NCBI GenBank assembly: GCA_951406725.2
Contig: OX597822.1
Location: 69,316,001-69,380,000, forward strand
Reading direction: 5' to 3'
Length of the DNA: 64,000 nt
DNA from: Octopus vulgaris
Lineage: Eukaryota
The position numbers were made by a program, and so were the translations under genes. The notes under the pieces are model-generated. The model saw only the letters and a list, made by a program, of their open reading frames with translations, did not search any database and was not told the origin of the DNA. Shown here piece by piece: positions 63,430-64,000 of this stretch (within the stretch, counting starts at the first letter, position 1; the number at the start of each line of letters is the position of its first letter).

Positions 63430-63750
63430 CTTCCATTTCTCGTCGTTCCAGTTAGTACGATTTTTTGCACTTCCTGTAGGGGTGGTAAGCCTGGGATCAT
63501 TTTCAGATAGGTTTCAGTACCTTTTTTTTTATCATTCCTAGAGATCCAACAATCACTGGTACTGTAGTCGCCCTGAGGTGCCACATTTTTTCAATTTCTA
63601 TTAGCAAGTCTTTATATTTACTGATCTTTTCAAAATCTTTCGCCGCTATATTGTGATCGCAAAGAATACTCATGTCAATTAATAAACACACCTTTTCTGT
63701 CTGATCTTTTATAATAATATCCGGTTTATTAGCTTTTATAATTTTGTCGG
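63430..63750 (-). mobile_element. R4/Dong-like RLE fragment
   Basis: NKPDIIIKD...CLLIDMSI..D.NI..K..EKISKYKDL.IEIEKMW...VPVIVGSLG; lies between trinucleotide microsatellites. Confidence 0.75.
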
Positions 63751-63774
63751 TATGTATGGGGAGGAATCATTATT

Positions 63775-63813
<39 letters not shown>

Positions 63814-63819
63814 CTTCTT

Positions 63820-63923
<104 letters not shown>

Positions 63924-64000
63924 CAAGGCAGTGAGCTGGCAGAATTGTTACCACTCCGGGCAATATGCTTAGTGGCGTTTCGTCCGTGTTTACGCTCTGA

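Overview
AT-rich, microsatellite-saturated animal genomic DNA. The SINE families and (TA)n/(CA)n/(TATG)n/(TATC)n density fit an octopod cephalopod such as Octopus (recognition only, no search run). There is one host coding exon (60388-60805, +), the N-terminus/TM1 of an SLC6 catecholamine/octopamine-type transporter. The rest is repeats: three tRNA-derived SINE families, CR1, RTE and Dong/R4 LINE pieces, a broken Penelope-like element (RT + GIY-YIG), hAT, mariner and DD37D transposons, MITEs and non-autonomous Helitrons. Most ORFs in the track are microsatellite artefacts. The most notable hidden layer is a set of type I hammerhead ribozyme motifs from several unrelated repeat families. These include a ~470-bp tandem array carrying an intact hammerhead core (retrozyme/Penelope-pLTR-like, 26801-27820), a palindrome with two divergent hammerheads, and one hammerhead on a Penelope remnant. 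There are also many fold-back inserts between microsatellites and a templated multi-segment insertion (24591-25924).
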